From Candidatus Poribacteria bacterium (lineage in GTDB: Bacteria; Poribacteria; WGA-4E; PCPOR2b): a stretch of 64,000 nt of DNA. This document shows positions 41,210 through 51,787 of this stretch, in pieces (positions within the stretch are counted from its first letter, which is position 1; every line of letters begins with the position of its first letter). The stretch spans positions 2,528,001 to 2,592,000 of the forward strand of contig OZ244587.1 of NCBI GenBank assembly GCA_965218095.1, given 5' to 3'. The notes beneath the pieces are model-generated. The model saw only the letters and a list, made by a program, of their open reading frames with translations, ran no database searches and had not been told where the DNA came from. The translations under genes and the position numbers were made by a program.

Positions 41210-41306
41210 CGTTATTACTCCCCCTTTCCATACGGACAATCGTCCTCTGTTCTGCTAACTCTGTTTTGATGTAAAACACACCCTCTCAATTTGAATTCCT
41301 ATCAAC

Positions 41307-42080
41307 TCATCGTTTCTGGGCAGCCAACCACTCCTCGTACTCTTTCCTACCTTCGTCGTTGAACGGATAATATTTCCGCAGATCCCCGCCTTCCCGTAGT
41401 TTTATGCGGACAAAGACCTCATGCTCCTCACGCTCGCCGGCGATGTCGAGAATACGAGGTATCAGCCGAGGCGGCACAACGATAGCCCCACCATCGTCTG
41501 CCATGATAATATCGCCGGGGTTGACTAAGACCTTGCCACAACCGATGGGGAGGTTGAAGTCCGCAGGAAAGAGGTTCAGGTGCCCCGCCCCGCCGGTGGT
41601 CACAGCGGTCGACCAGACCGGCACCTTCAGTTCTTGGAAGATTGGCACAGAATCCCGAATGCCGGCGTCTATGACAACACCAGCCCCACCCTGCGCTTGG
41701 AAATAGGTCATCAACATCTCTCCGAAGCAGCCGGTGGCAAGATCGCCCCTGCCATCAACCACGATCACATCGCCAGCCTGCACTTCAAACATCACTTCCC
41801 ACAAAGCAGAGGTTTTCTCCCCGGCTTCCTCGCCTTCAGGTTCCGATTCTTCGGCGGACGCCCCCGGTATCTGGTAGCCTCTCATCTGGTCTTCACGCTG
41901 TGGTGTGAAGCGGAGCGTCAGGGCGGGACCGACAATTTTACTCCCGGGCACACGAGCGATGGGACCCTCCATAAAGGTTCGGCGCACACCCAACGCTTCC
42001 ATGGTGGAGGTTACGGCATCGGTTCCCAATTCATACAACGCCTCAATGATTTCAGGTGCGGGTCGTTTGATAGTGGACAT
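41307..42080 (-). CDS. RraA-like / HMG aldolase family protein
   Basis: GPALTLRF, GCFGE, DAGIRD, VNPGDIIMADDGG. Confidence 0.85.
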   Translation of the reverse strand: MSTIKRPAPEIIEALYELGTDAVTSTMEALGVRRTFMEGPIARVPGSKIVGPALTLRFTPQREDQMRGYQIPGASAEESEPEGEEAGEKTSALWEVMFEVQAGDVIVVDGRGDLATGCFGEMLMTYFQAQGGAGVVIDAGIRDSVPIFQELKVPVWSTAVTTGGAGHLNLFPADFNLPIGCGKVLVNPGDIIMADDGGAIVVPPRLIPRILDIAGEREEHEVFVRIKLREGGDLRKYYPFNDEGRKEYEEWLAAQKR

Positions 42081-42404
42081 ATTTGCACTCCTATAAATCT
42101 GGATTTACGGGATTGATTTTAGGAATTTTCTTGAGTCTTTATCCTGATAACCCTTGAATCCTAATTGGATTTTCCCCGCGTACTTTGGAAATATGCAACA
42201 GCTATTTTACCCCTTTGTTATGCTTGGGTCAACAGCAAAAATCGTTGCGGAGCGAACGATCGTTTTTGGACGAATGGTGACAGTAGTTCTTCTTTTTGAT
42301 CTCTTTTTTGATTCATTCCTGTTACAATGTCCGCTGGGCCAACGGCACATCGGGGCATCAACCGAATGGCTTACGGAATCATCGAAAATCAGTAAGGAGG
42401 GTAT

Positions 42405-43877
42405 TTGCCAATGATATGTGTTGCTTCTGCAATGCTTACGCTATCAAGAGATGCAATTACACAAGCGGTTTCACCCATTGACATCGGCAATCGGCTGGAA
42501 CTGTTCGTTGACGATTATCTGATTGATGAAATAGCCGGTTCAACGCGAAGGCTACACCATCCCCAACCGCAAGAGGTCGCCTGTGTTCATGATAACCCGT
42601 GGGAGGGGAGCACCTGTGGCTATAAAACTGTGTTTCAAGATGGCGATCTTTACCGGATGTATTACCGGGGGAGTCACGTCATTTATACAACTGAGGGCTT
42701 TGACGATCCCCACCCGCAGGTGGTCTGCTACGCTGAAAGCCGCGATGGGATACGCTGGACCAAACCGGAACTTGGCTTGATTGCGTTCGATAGTGGGAGG
42801 CAGAACAACATCATTTGGGAAGGGGTTGGATCACACAACTTCACACCTTTTAAGGACGAGAATCCCGATTGCAAACCGGACGAAAAGTACAAGGCACTTG
42901 GTTCAGGCGAGGGTGGCCTGTATGCGTTCAAGTCCGCCGATGGCATCCACTGGGCACTCATGAAGGATGAACCTGTAATTATCAAAGGTGCGTTTGACTC
43001 ACAGAACCTCGCCTTTTGGGATACGATACGCGGCGAATACCGTGAATACCATCGCGATTTTCGTGAGGGACGCGACATCCGCACAGGGACATCGAAAGAT
43101 TTCCTCAATTGGTCTGAGCCTGACTGGCTGGAATACTCGCCCGGCCGGGTCAGCGAACTGTACACGAATCAGATTATCCCATACTACCGCGCCCCGCATA
43201 TCTTCCTCGGCTTTCCAACCCGATATACCGATCGGGGGTGGGCAGAATCGACGAAAGCCTTGCCGCAGCTTGAGTATCGCCGCCTCCGAGGTAGTAAATC
43301 TCAGCGCGAGGGGACAGCCGTGACGGATGGAATGTTCATGAGCAGTCGTGATGGGCACCATTTCAACATCTGGCCAGAGTCGTTTATCCGTCCCGGCTTG
43401 CAGTTGAGAGATAACTGGTTCTACGGCGACAATTATCAGAATTGGGGATTGGTCGAGACAAAATCGCACATTGATGGCGCGCCCGATGAGATTTCCGTCT
43501 ATGTCGGCGAAGCCTCGCATCAGGGGGATGATTGTCGCTGGCGGCGTTTCACGCTGCGAATTGATGGATTTGTCTCAATGCAGGCGCCGTTGAGCGGTGG
43601 GGAATTTGTAACGAAGCCTCTGGTCTTCAAAGGAGACCATCTCGTCATTAACTTCTCAACCTCTGGGGTGGGCAGTATTCAAATCGAAGTTCAGGATGCA
43701 TCCGGCGACGCCATCCCCGGCTTTAGACTGGGCGATTGTCCAGAGGTCTTCGGCGATGACCTCGAACGGATAGTAACGTGGAAGAATGGTGCAGATGTGG
43801 GGCGACTTTCAGGGCAACCCGTCCGTTTGCGATTTCTGTTAAAGGATGCAGACCTTTATTCAATTCGATTCAGTTAA
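42405..43877 (+). CDS. Beta-propeller glycoside hydrolase-like protein
   Basis: ELFVDDYLI, YAESRDGIRWTKP, FDSQN, LRIDGFVS; start uncertain. Confidence 0.75.
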   Translation: MPMICVASAMLTLSRDAITQAVSPIDIGNRLELFVDDYLIDEIAGSTRRLHHPQPQEVACVHDNPWEGSTCGYKTVFQDGDLYRMYYRGSHVIYTTEGFDDPHPQVVCYAESRDGIRWTKPELGLIAFDSGRQNNIIWEGVGSHNFTPFKDENPDCKPDEKYKALGSGEGGLYAFKSADGIHWALMKDEPVIIKGAFDSQNLAFWDTIRGEYREYHRDFREGRDIRTGTSKDFLNWSEPDWLEYSPGRVSELYTNQIIPYYRAPHIFLGFPTRYTDRGWAESTKALPQLEYRRLRGSKSQREGTAVTDGMFMSSRDGHHFNIWPESFIRPGLQLRDNWFYGDNYQNWGLVETKSHIDGAPDEISVYVGEASHQGDDCRWRRFTLRIDGFVSMQAPLSGGEFVTKPLVFKGDHLVINFSTSGVGSIQIEVQDASGDAIPGFRLGDCPEVFGDDLERIVTWKNGADVGRLSGQPVRLRFLLKDADLYSIRFS

Positions 43878-43908
43878 TATATCGAATTTCACAGTAGATA
43901 TAAAATAG

Positions 43909-43941
43909 AGAAACCGAGTTTTTGACAAAAACTCGGTTTCT
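43909..43941. terminator. Palindrome between convergent genes
   Basis: agaaaccgagttttt / aaaaactcggtttct. Confidence 0.6.
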
Positions 43942-43987
43942 GCGCCTGTGCTTATCGAAGTAGCAACTCGAATTAATTTACATTGGA

Positions 43988-45010
43988 TTAAGGGGTGGGT
44001 GCGTCTTCACGCAGCAGTCCTTCTGCCTTTAGATCGCTCCAAAGATCCGCAGGGATAGGGTGTTCGAATATTTCGACATTCGATTGAATGTGCTCTGGCG
44101 TGAGGGCACCCGGAATGGCTGCGGCGACGATAGGATGCGCCAGCGGGAACTGTAATGCGGCTGCCCGTAGCGGCACACCATGTCGATCGCAGATGGCTTC
44201 AATGCGCCGCGTTTTTTCCAATACCTCGGCAGGTGCCGGGGCATAGGCGTAAAACGCATTCTCCGTTGGGCCTGTCGCCAGAATGCCGGAGGCAAATACC
44301 GCGCCAATCACCACACCGATGCCTCGCTCAACGCATTGTGGAAATTCAGCGTCCAAGACATCCTGATCTAACAGCGTATACGGCATCGCAACGATAAAGA
44401 AATCAAGGTCCACCATCTCCAAAAAGCGCGGGATGGTGCCCAATTGGTTCACGCCAGCCCCTACTCCTTTTATTTGCCCGCTGGAACGAAGCTCGTCAAG
44501 CGCGCGCCAACCACTGGTGCAGAGTTGCGTCATGTGAGCGGTGATCCGCGCATCGTTCACGTGAAATAAGTGGTCGAGATCGTGGATGAGAAGGAGATCG
44601 ACAGAATTCAAACCGAGCCGCTGAAGGCTGTCTTCATAGGAGCGCATGATTCCGTCGTAACTATAGTCAAACACAACATCGAAAGGCAGCCCCCCTGCCC
44701 ACATCCCTTTGTCGAAATTATCAAGGTCGCGCGTCGCCCGCAGCACACGCCCGACTTTGGTAGAAAGCACAAATTCCTGGCGTGGCTGTTCGCGGAAAAA
44801 CTGTCCGAAACGATGTTCACTTTTCCCATACCCGTAGAACGGTGCCGTATCGAAGTAGCGCACGCCGGCATCCCATGCCGCTTGAAGTGTCATCTGCGCT
44901 TGCGTTTCGCTAATGATTTCGAAGAGATCTCCTAGCGGCGCCCCGCCGAAACTCAATTTGGTTAAGGCAACCTCCGTACGCCCTAAGTTGCTTGTCGCTA
45001 TGTTACCCAT
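43988..45010 (-). CDS. Aldo/keto reductase (D-threo-aldose dehydrogenase-like)
   Basis: YFDTAPFYGYGKSE, STKVGR, FDYSYDG, LLIHD. Confidence 0.9.
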   Translation of the reverse strand: MGNIATSNLGRTEVALTKLSFGGAPLGDLFEIISETQAQMTLQAAWDAGVRYFDTAPFYGYGKSEHRFGQFFREQPRQEFVLSTKVGRVLRATRDLDNFDKGMWAGGLPFDVVFDYSYDGIMRSYEDSLQRLGLNSVDLLLIHDLDHLFHVNDARITAHMTQLCTSGWRALDELRSSGQIKGVGAGVNQLGTIPRFLEMVDLDFFIVAMPYTLLDQDVLDAEFPQCVERGIGVVIGAVFASGILATGPTENAFYAYAPAPAEVLEKTRRIEAICDRHGVPLRAAALQFPLAHPIVAAAIPGALTPEHIQSNVEIFEHPIPADLWSDLKAEGLLREDAPTP

Positions 45011-45369
45011 TGATTCCCTCCAAGCTAAACTATTATCCGTTATTGGTGAAAAACTCGTCTTAGTGCGATAATCCGCTCGGCGATGAAATCACCGAGCTAT
45101 AGGGCAACGTCCAATCAATTGGACTTTTGGTCTGGCCTATCAGTCCGATTCATCATTAAGAATAACACCTGACTTTAACGTTGTCAAGCGTTACGTGTTC
45201 GCTGGCGAGCCTGGCTTCTCCTTTGAGTGAACTTGTGATTAGACGGAATCTGATCCAAATCAATTGTCTATGAAACAAAACAGAATATAGATTGCTATCC
45301 TGTTCCGTTTTTTCTCTCTTTGTTCTCTTTGATTCAAAATGAATTCTCGGATCAACGATAACCAATAGG

Positions 45370-45896
45370 GTAACCGTTCAGGTGGTGGAGCGGGGAAAAT
45401 TTATCTTGACAGCAGATTCATTTTGGTGTATCAATAAGACGACGATAAAGGAGGTAATTTCCGCTGATGTCCCTACCGGATTCGATGCCAATTACTCAAG
45501 AAGATTTGAAGCGCAACAGGTGTTCCATTTGTGGCGCCGGGTGCGAGATGGCACATTGGACCGGACATCTTTTTCCGCTGTCATTCGACCGATAAAGCAG
45601 CGAGTTGGAGAGCTGCTGCACAAGGGGAGGATCAGTGATCACCCCAAAACGGCGAAGACGTGTGCTAATCTCTTGAAGATCGAGTTGTCGCTATGGACGT
45701 TTGTTTCTGTTGAGGGTGTCGAATGGATAATGATAGTAGTTGCTACCCTCAAGCAGCAGAAGCGGAATGTGCTAGAATATCTTCAATCGGTCTGCTTGGC
45801 TCAGATTCGTGGCGAAAAAGCGCCTTCCTTACTTCCCAATCCAACACCCGAAAGCCAACCCACGGTGTAGTCCCATAGACCACCTGAACGGGTTAC
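45370..45896 (+). mobile_element. Internally deleted IS66-family element
   Basis: TIR gtaaccgttcaggtggt / accacctgaacgggttac; fragments LWTFVSVEGVE and VVATLKQQKRNVLEYL...PSLLP. Confidence 0.8.
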
Positions 45897-46033
45897 GTCT
45901 AGGAATTCTCTAAAGAGGCAGCAACAACAGATGCCCAGACAGCTTTGCAAGAACTCTGCACAGGCATATTTGAAAGCGAAGAAAATTTAGCCAAGAATCA
46001 CGATTTCTTTTTGTATGAAACAGGATAATACCA

Positions 46034-47959
46034 ATGCGACACGTCATTATCGGCACCGCCGGACACGTTGACCACGGAAAATCTGCACTGATACACGCCC
46101 TCACCGGAATCGAAACCGATCGGCTCAAGGAGGAGAAAGAGCGTGGGTTGTCGATCGAGTTGGGGTTTGCCTACTTCGATCTGCCCGACGGTTCACGCGC
46201 TGGAATCGTTGATGTCCCCGGACATGAAAGGTTTATCCGAAACATGCTCTCCGGGGCGTACGGGATGGACATTGTGCTGCTTGTCGTAGATGCGAAGGAG
46301 GGCGTGCAGGAGCAGACGCTGGAACACTTGGAGATTCTTGATCTGCTCGGTATCTCGACAGGCATCCTCGTGATGACGAAGGTGGATCTGGTGACGCCGG
46401 ATCAATTGGCAGAATCGGCGGAGATGTCGCAGGAAATGTTGATGGGGACAACCCTCGACGGTTCACCCACGGTCCATGTCTCAGCAGTGACGGGCGAAGG
46501 TTTGGATGAACTCAAGCGGCTGATCGTGGCTTGCGTGGACACCGCCGCGAAAACAGAAAGGCGCGATGACATCCCACGTATATATGTGGATCGGGTTTTC
46601 ACGATGACGGGGTTTGGCGCAGTGGCGACTGGGACGCTGATAGGCGGCTCAATCCACCGCGAACAACGGTTAATCAGCCTGCCGCAGGGCCGCGAAGTAC
46701 GTGTTCGCGGCGTACAAGTTCATAACGAAACTGCGGAACAAGCCCAGCCAGGGCAGCGAACAGCCTTGAACCTGTCGGGCATCACCAAAGATGAGATCGA
46801 GCGTGGAAACGTTCTCTGTCCGAGCGGGTTTTCCAAGGTCACAGACAATATCGACGTGTCTATCAATCTTCTGTCGTCTTTCCCAAGAATGCTCGAACAT
46901 TGGTCACGACTACGATTTTATCTGGGTACGAGCGAGACGTTTTGCCGGGCAATCCCGCTTGTGGACGAAGCGATCCTGCCGGGGGATTCAGCACAAATAC
47001 AACTACGCCTTGAAAGACCGATTTTGACCTTCAAGGGAGATCGATTCATTGTGCGTGATTTCTCAGCGCAATTCACCGTTGGGGGCGGACAAGTAATCAA
47101 TCCATTTGCACCTCGCCACGAGCGCTTCACGGAAGAGACTCTTGAGGTGCTGGATCAATGGGAAAATGCTGACGATGCAGAAGTTGTGAGGCTTGTATTG
47201 GCACAAAGCCGTGAGCTCTGTGTCCCGGAAGACTTACTCCGCTACTACCTGCCCTACTCTGATGCAGACTTTCGAGCATTCCTAAAAGACCTCGAAGGTC
47301 GTCAAGAAATTGTACGCTGGCAGGGGGGAACGCCGCTCATTTCTGCGGTGGACCGGACGAAACGAGCGCAAGCAGATCTGATTGACGCTTTAGGGCGTTT
47401 CCATGAACAGCAGCCACTCACGTCCGGTCAAAATGCCTCTCAACTCCGTATCCAACTCCGTTTGGATGAAATCGGCTTTGATAAGATCGTTGATTTGCTG
47501 AGTCGGCAGGAGCAGGTTGTCAAAGACGGGAATCTTCTGCGGTTGTCATCGCATCAAATCCAATTTTCCGGGGCAGAGGAAGAAATCAAGGAGAAGGTTG
47601 AGGAGCTCTTCTTGAATGCCGAAATCAATACCCTGAACCTAGGTGGATTGACCGCGCAGTTGTCAGAATATCCGTCACAGTCGGTTCAGCAGACGTTTTA
47701 CGCGCTGATGAATCTTGGGCGATTCATCAAGATTGCAGACGACTTTTTTGTTCATGTCCAGACGTTTGAGAAAATCGTCAATTCCCTTACCGATTACCTT
47801 CAGAAACATGGTATAATAACCGTTGCGGAATTCCGCGAACTTGCACAAACCAGCAGGAAATACGCCGTGCCTTTCCTTGAATATTGCGATGGTCAGGGAA
47901 TCACGATTCGTGAGGGGAATCACCGCCGTCTACGAAAATCCACGAAGCGTGAAACGTGA
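46034..47959 (+). CDS. selB: Selenocysteine-specific elongation factor
   Basis: [31 protein letters not shown]-terminal [11 protein letters not shown]. Confidence 0.97.
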   Translation: MRHVIIGTAGHVDHGKSALIHALTGIETDRLKEEKERGLSIELGFAYFDLPDGSRAGIVDVPGHERFIRNMLSGAYGMDIVLLVVDAKEGVQEQTLEHLEILDLLGISTGILVMTKVDLVTPDQLAESAEMSQEMLMGTTLDGSPTVHVSAVTGEGLDELKRLIVACVDTAAKTERRDDIPRIYVDRVFTMTGFGAVATGTLIGGSIHREQRLISLPQGREVRVRGVQVHNETAEQAQPGQRTALNLSGITKDEIERGNVLCPSGFSKVTDNIDVSINLLSSFPRMLEHWSRLRFYLGTSETFCRAIPLVDEAILPGDSAQIQLRLERPILTFKGDRFIVRDFSAQFTVGGGQVINPFAPRHERFTEETLEVLDQWENADDAEVVRLVLAQSRELCVPEDLLRYYLPYSDADFRAFLKDLEGRQEIVRWQGGTPLISAVDRTKRAQADLIDALGRFHEQQPLTSGQNASQLRIQLRLDEIGFDKIVDLLSRQEQVVKDGNLLRLSSHQIQFSGAEEEIKEKVEELFLNAEINTLNLGGLTAQLSEYPSQSVQQTFYALMNLGRFIKIADDFFVHVQTFEKIVNSLTDYLQKHGIITVAEFRELAQTSRKYAVPFLEYCDGQGITIREGNHRRLRKSTKRET

Positions 47960-48028
47960 TGACCAAATGATCTCCTGGATCAATCGCTTGACTTTAGGCA
48001 CTTTAGCTCACTCCACGCACTTTCTTCC

Positions 48029-48122
48029 GGGAGGGGATAGGGTCCGGTGGCTCTACTGGTCTTCAAAACCAGCTTGCCCATGCAAGTGGGTAGGTGGGTT
48101 CGACTCCCACCCTCTCCCGCCA
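48029..48122 (+). tRNA. selC: tRNA-Sec (UCA)
   Basis: 8 bp acceptor stem gggagggg/cctctccc, anticodon loop cttcaaa, long variable arm, TTCGA, GCCA end; next to selB. Confidence 0.95.
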
Positions 48123-48138
48123 CTTAGAGCCCACAAAC

Positions 48139-48183
48139 AAAAAAAGAGGAGATGAAATTCTCACGAATCTATCTCCTCTTTTT
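48139..48183. terminator. Bidirectional terminator
   Basis: aaaaagaggagat ... atctcctcttttt between convergent selC and degP. Confidence 0.7.
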
Positions 48184-48211
48184 CCGCTTCGCTTTACACT
48201 CCAGATTTCCT

Positions 48212-49777
48212 TTACTTACCCCTCGGCTTGTTTCTCAGCGGAACGAATTGAGGTGTGCCAGTTTCACGCCGCCTGACGACTAACAGAATCAGAGATTCAT
48301 CTTTAACCTCTTTGATTCGTTTTTGATATTCACGCACGTTCGCAATCTCCATATCCTCAATTTCTTGAATGAGATCGCCCTTTCTGATACCGGCTTCGGC
48401 GGCAGAGCTTCTTCGCTCAACGCTGACGACAAGCACGCCTGTTTCGCCCTCAAATCCATAACGTGCCGCCCACTCGCTGGTCAGATCCCGCACATGGAGT
48501 CCCGCAAACGCTTGTCCATTTTCTTCATTAGAGACAAAGCGGGGCGGTCTCTCTGTTAAAGCATCAACGACCGCTTGAGTCCGCTTTTCAAGCTCGATCT
48601 TTAACACTTTCTCTTTGCCCCTGCGGATGACCTTGACCTCGACTGTTCTTCCGACATCCGTGGCAGCGACAACGTCACGAAGATGCTTCACATTACGGAT
48701 ACGCACGTTATCAAATTCGACAATCACATCACCATGGCGGACGCCACCTTTGGCTGCTGGCATGCCTTTACCAACCATTCTAACCAGGGCGCCTTGGGGC
48801 TCCCCAAGTTTTAATTTTTCTGCCAAGTCGTAGTTGATCGGCTGGAGTGAAACCCCCAACCATCCGCGTTCAACTTCCCCTTTCTCAATCAACTGGGTCA
48901 TGATCCGTTTTGCGAGATTAATCGGGATGGCGAATCCAACCCCGGCATTGCCTTGTGAGAATCCGCCGGTGGCAATTGCCGTATTAATGCCGATTAACTC
49001 ACCACGGATGTTAATGAGTGCGCCGCCGCTGTTACCGCGATTGATTGCGGCGTCGATCTGGATGAAGTCCGCATACTCGACAATGCCAATATCTGAGCGT
49101 CCTTTCGCACTGACCATCCCGCGTGTCACCGTTTGGGCGAATCCGAATGGGCTCCCGATGGCAATCACCCACTCTCCAACCTGAAGCGCTTCCGAGTCTC
49201 CAACAGGCAAGACGGGTAGATTTTCTCCATCAATCTTCAGGATAGCGAGATCTGTTCCTTGATCACCCGCGTCTCTTCCAATGACTTTCGCATGATATTC
49301 TCCCCCATCCGGCAAGATAACCTGAATGTCTTCCGCGCCTTCAATGACATGGTTGTTCGTTAAGATGTAACCGTCTTCGCTGACAATGACACCGGATCCG
49401 AGCCCCCCCACCTCTCGCTTGTCTTCTTCACGTTCATCTGAATCACGCCGTTCACGACGATCCCGGGGACCGAACCAAAAATCGAACAAATCATCATCAC
49501 CGAAAAAATCGAAAGGACGCTGTGAACGGCGCGTTGAGACCAACCGCGTTGTCGTAATTTGCACAACGGCGGGTTTTGCACGATTTACCACTTCAATGAA
49601 TGCACGGTTTGCCCGTTCCAAATATTCAAAATCCTGACTAAAGTTTTCACTGGTTTGACCAATTGCGGTCTGAGAGGTAAAAGTGTGATTATCTATGCGC
49701 ACCGTCACACCGACAACGATTATTAACGCCACAACAACGAGTGAAACTATCCATTTGGTTGAATTTGACTTAAGCAT
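48212..49777 (-). CDS. degP: HtrA/DegP (Do) serine protease with two PDZ domains
   Basis: TNNHV, DLA, GNSGG triad; N-terminal TM/signal; two PDZ. Confidence 0.9.
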   Translation of the reverse strand: MLKSNSTKWIVSLVVVALIIVVGVTVRIDNHTFTSQTAIGQTSENFSQDFEYLERANRAFIEVVNRAKPAVVQITTTRLVSTRRSQRPFDFFGDDDLFDFWFGPRDRRERRDSDEREEDKREVGGLGSGVIVSEDGYILTNNHVIEGAEDIQVILPDGGEYHAKVIGRDAGDQGTDLAILKIDGENLPVLPVGDSEALQVGEWVIAIGSPFGFAQTVTRGMVSAKGRSDIGIVEYADFIQIDAAINRGNSGGALINIRGELIGINTAIATGGFSQGNAGVGFAIPINLAKRIMTQLIEKGEVERGWLGVSLQPINYDLAEKLKLGEPQGALVRMVGKGMPAAKGGVRHGDVIVEFDNVRIRNVKHLRDVVAATDVGRTVEVKVIRRGKEKVLKIELEKRTQAVVDALTERPPRFVSNEENGQAFAGLHVRDLTSEWAARYGFEGETGVLVVSVERRSSAAEAGIRKGDLIQEIEDMEIANVREYQKRIKEVKDESLILLVVRRRETGTPQFVPLRNKPRGK

Positions 49778-49856
49778 TTGTAGACCCTCCTTTTCTAGTT
49801 CGGAACACACCGCTATCTAAGTGAAAGTTTCAAAAAAAACATGGCACTTTTGACAT

Positions 49857-49894
49857 AAAAAAAGCGTCCTGCGTTTGCATGCAGGACGCTTTTT
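49857..49894 (-). terminator. Intrinsic terminator after hsp20
   Basis: aaaagcgtcctgc / gcaggacgctttt. Confidence 0.75.
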
Positions 49895-49907
49895 GCAAAT
49901 CAAGTGG

Positions 49908-50345
49908 CTATTCAACGCGGACTTGAATCTCTTTGGGTTTGACTTTTTCTACTTTTGGAATGGATACGGTCAACACGCCATTCGTGAATTTTGCTTTGAT
50001 GTCTTCAGGATTCAAGTTCGACGGCAATGTGAAAGATCGTTGGAAGCGACCGTAACTCCGTTCAACACGATGATACTTTGGGGCTTTCTCCTCGCTTTCA
50101 TGCTTTTTTTCACCTTTGAGCGTGAGGACATCATCTGTCACGGAAACATGGACATCCGTCTCGGAAAGTCCCGGAATTTCGGCACGGATTTCAACGTGAT
50201 CATCCGCTTCTAAAATGTCAACTGCTGGCAGCCAATCCAAACTACCATGCTCAGCACGATAGCGTGCTGGCCTGTGCCAATCGTCAAAAAATCGATCCAT
50301 CTCATTGAGATCCTGTATCGGTCTCCATGTAGCTAGGCTTGTCAT
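49908..50345 (-). CDS. Hsp20/alpha-crystallin small heat shock protein
   Basis: PAVDI, AEIPG, ERSYGRFQRSFTLP, NGVLTVSIPK. Confidence 0.95.
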   Translation of the reverse strand: MTSLATWRPIQDLNEMDRFFDDWHRPARYRAEHGSLDWLPAVDILEADDHVEIRAEIPGLSETDVHVSVTDDVLTLKGEKKHESEEKAPKYHRVERSYGRFQRSFTLPSNLNPEDIKAKFTNGVLTVSIPKVEKVKPKEIQVRVE

Positions 50346-50422
50346 TTTTTGTTCCTCCTATTTCGCAATTTTTTGCTTTGGTTATTGAATGCTTTTACAT
50401 CATTTAGACGATCCAATGTAGA

Positions 50423-50438
50423 GCAAGTCGCGTGCCAA
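50423..50438 (-). promoter_or_regulatory. Sigma-54 promoter (-24/-12)
   Basis: Minus strand TTGGCACgcgacTTGC upstream of hsp20. Confidence 0.8.
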
Positions 50439-50711
50439 ATCTTGTTCCTGATAAAAACCGGAAAGGAGAAAAAAGGCCAAATACTCTGGTTCAACGGGGA
50501 TTTCACAGCATATGTTGTGTGATTTGGCTTGCCATAAATTCGGAGAAATTACTGCCAGTTTTGCCACTTGACAGCGTCTGAGAGCGGTTCATTGGGTGCC
50601 AAGATGACAATCTACGATTGGTGCGTAACAACCGTATGTCATTATGGCATATTTTGCCATCAGGCTATCACGCAACAACGGTATGTCATTTTGACCTATT
50701 TCCCTTCACTG

Positions 50712-51563
50712 CTATGAACCTTGTCCCTCGGTCAATAACCGATGGAGGCTGCTGCCAAGGATCTGCGCTTTGTCGGCGTCTGGGATGAACGCGCAGTGTG
50801 TGCGGAATGCTTCGAGGGCATGTTGGTAGGTCATGTAGGAACGAACCACGGGGTAGTCCGAACCCCAACAGAGGCGACCGGGACCGAAATGCTCGTAGAT
50901 TGCGCGGACGATCCAGCTAGTATCGGAGTAAGGATAGTCCCATGAAAGCTGGGAGGCATAGGCAAATCCAGACATCTTGATGTAGATATTCGGCGCCTTT
51001 GCGGATGCAAGAATTTCCTTCAACCTCGGATATGGCGGTTCTTCGCTAGCTCTTGCGCCGCCCATGTGATGGCACAGAAAGGGAACCGAGGGGAACTGTG
51101 CGGCGAGTTTTCGCAAAGGTGCCTGTTGGTGTGGCCCCATTGCGATGCTGGCAATCAACCCACGGTCTGTGGTTGTCTGAAAGAACCGCTGTCCCTCGTC
51201 TGAAAAGAACCAGTTTCCGTCGTCATCTCCCGTCAGATAGTGCGTGTAGCCCTTCAACGCATATTTATCCGCAGCCTCCGCGAGACGGTCTGCGGCACCA
51301 GGGGTATGGTAGGTCTCCGTCCATGAGCAATCAACGTCCGCAAACTGGATGATGCGATCCGGATAACGTTTGGCGCACTCAAAGATATAGTCGTTGTTGT
51401 CAGGGTTATGATCGATTCGCGCACAAACCAGAACAGCTTGATCGACACCGTGTTGATCCATTTCGTGAAGAAGTTGCTCAATTCTTCCACGGCTTTCATC
51501 ATCAGGAACAGGGGGCTGATAGGGCCAGCGTGGCCATGCGTGGGTGTGTGAATCGATGATCAT
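50712..51563 (-). CDS. Amidohydrolase 2 family protein
   Basis: IDSHTH, CHHMG, KMSG, WGSDYP. Confidence 0.9.
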   Translation of the reverse strand: MIIDSHTHAWPRWPYQPPVPDDESRGRIEQLLHEMDQHGVDQAVLVCARIDHNPDNNDYIFECAKRYPDRIIQFADVDCSWTETYHTPGAADRLAEAADKYALKGYTHYLTGDDDGNWFFSDEGQRFFQTTTDRGLIASIAMGPHQQAPLRKLAAQFPSVPFLCHHMGGARASEEPPYPRLKEILASAKAPNIYIKMSGFAYASQLSWDYPYSDTSWIVRAIYEHFGPGRLCWGSDYPVVRSYMTYQHALEAFRTHCAFIPDADKAQILGSSLHRLLTEGQGS

Positions 51564-51787
51564 AGAATTCTCCTTATATTTGTATTTATTGACGCAACGT
51601 GATGGGTGTGAAATACCCTGATTTCCGGTTTTAATCAATCTGCTTTTCACATACCATGAAAACGAAATCTAAAATACCAAAGACTTTGTTCAGATCGCTA
51701 ATTGAATACGAAATTGGATGCTTCTGCGGTATCACAAAATTCGTGAGAATCTATTCCTGAAACGTGAACCATCTCACGCATCACATT

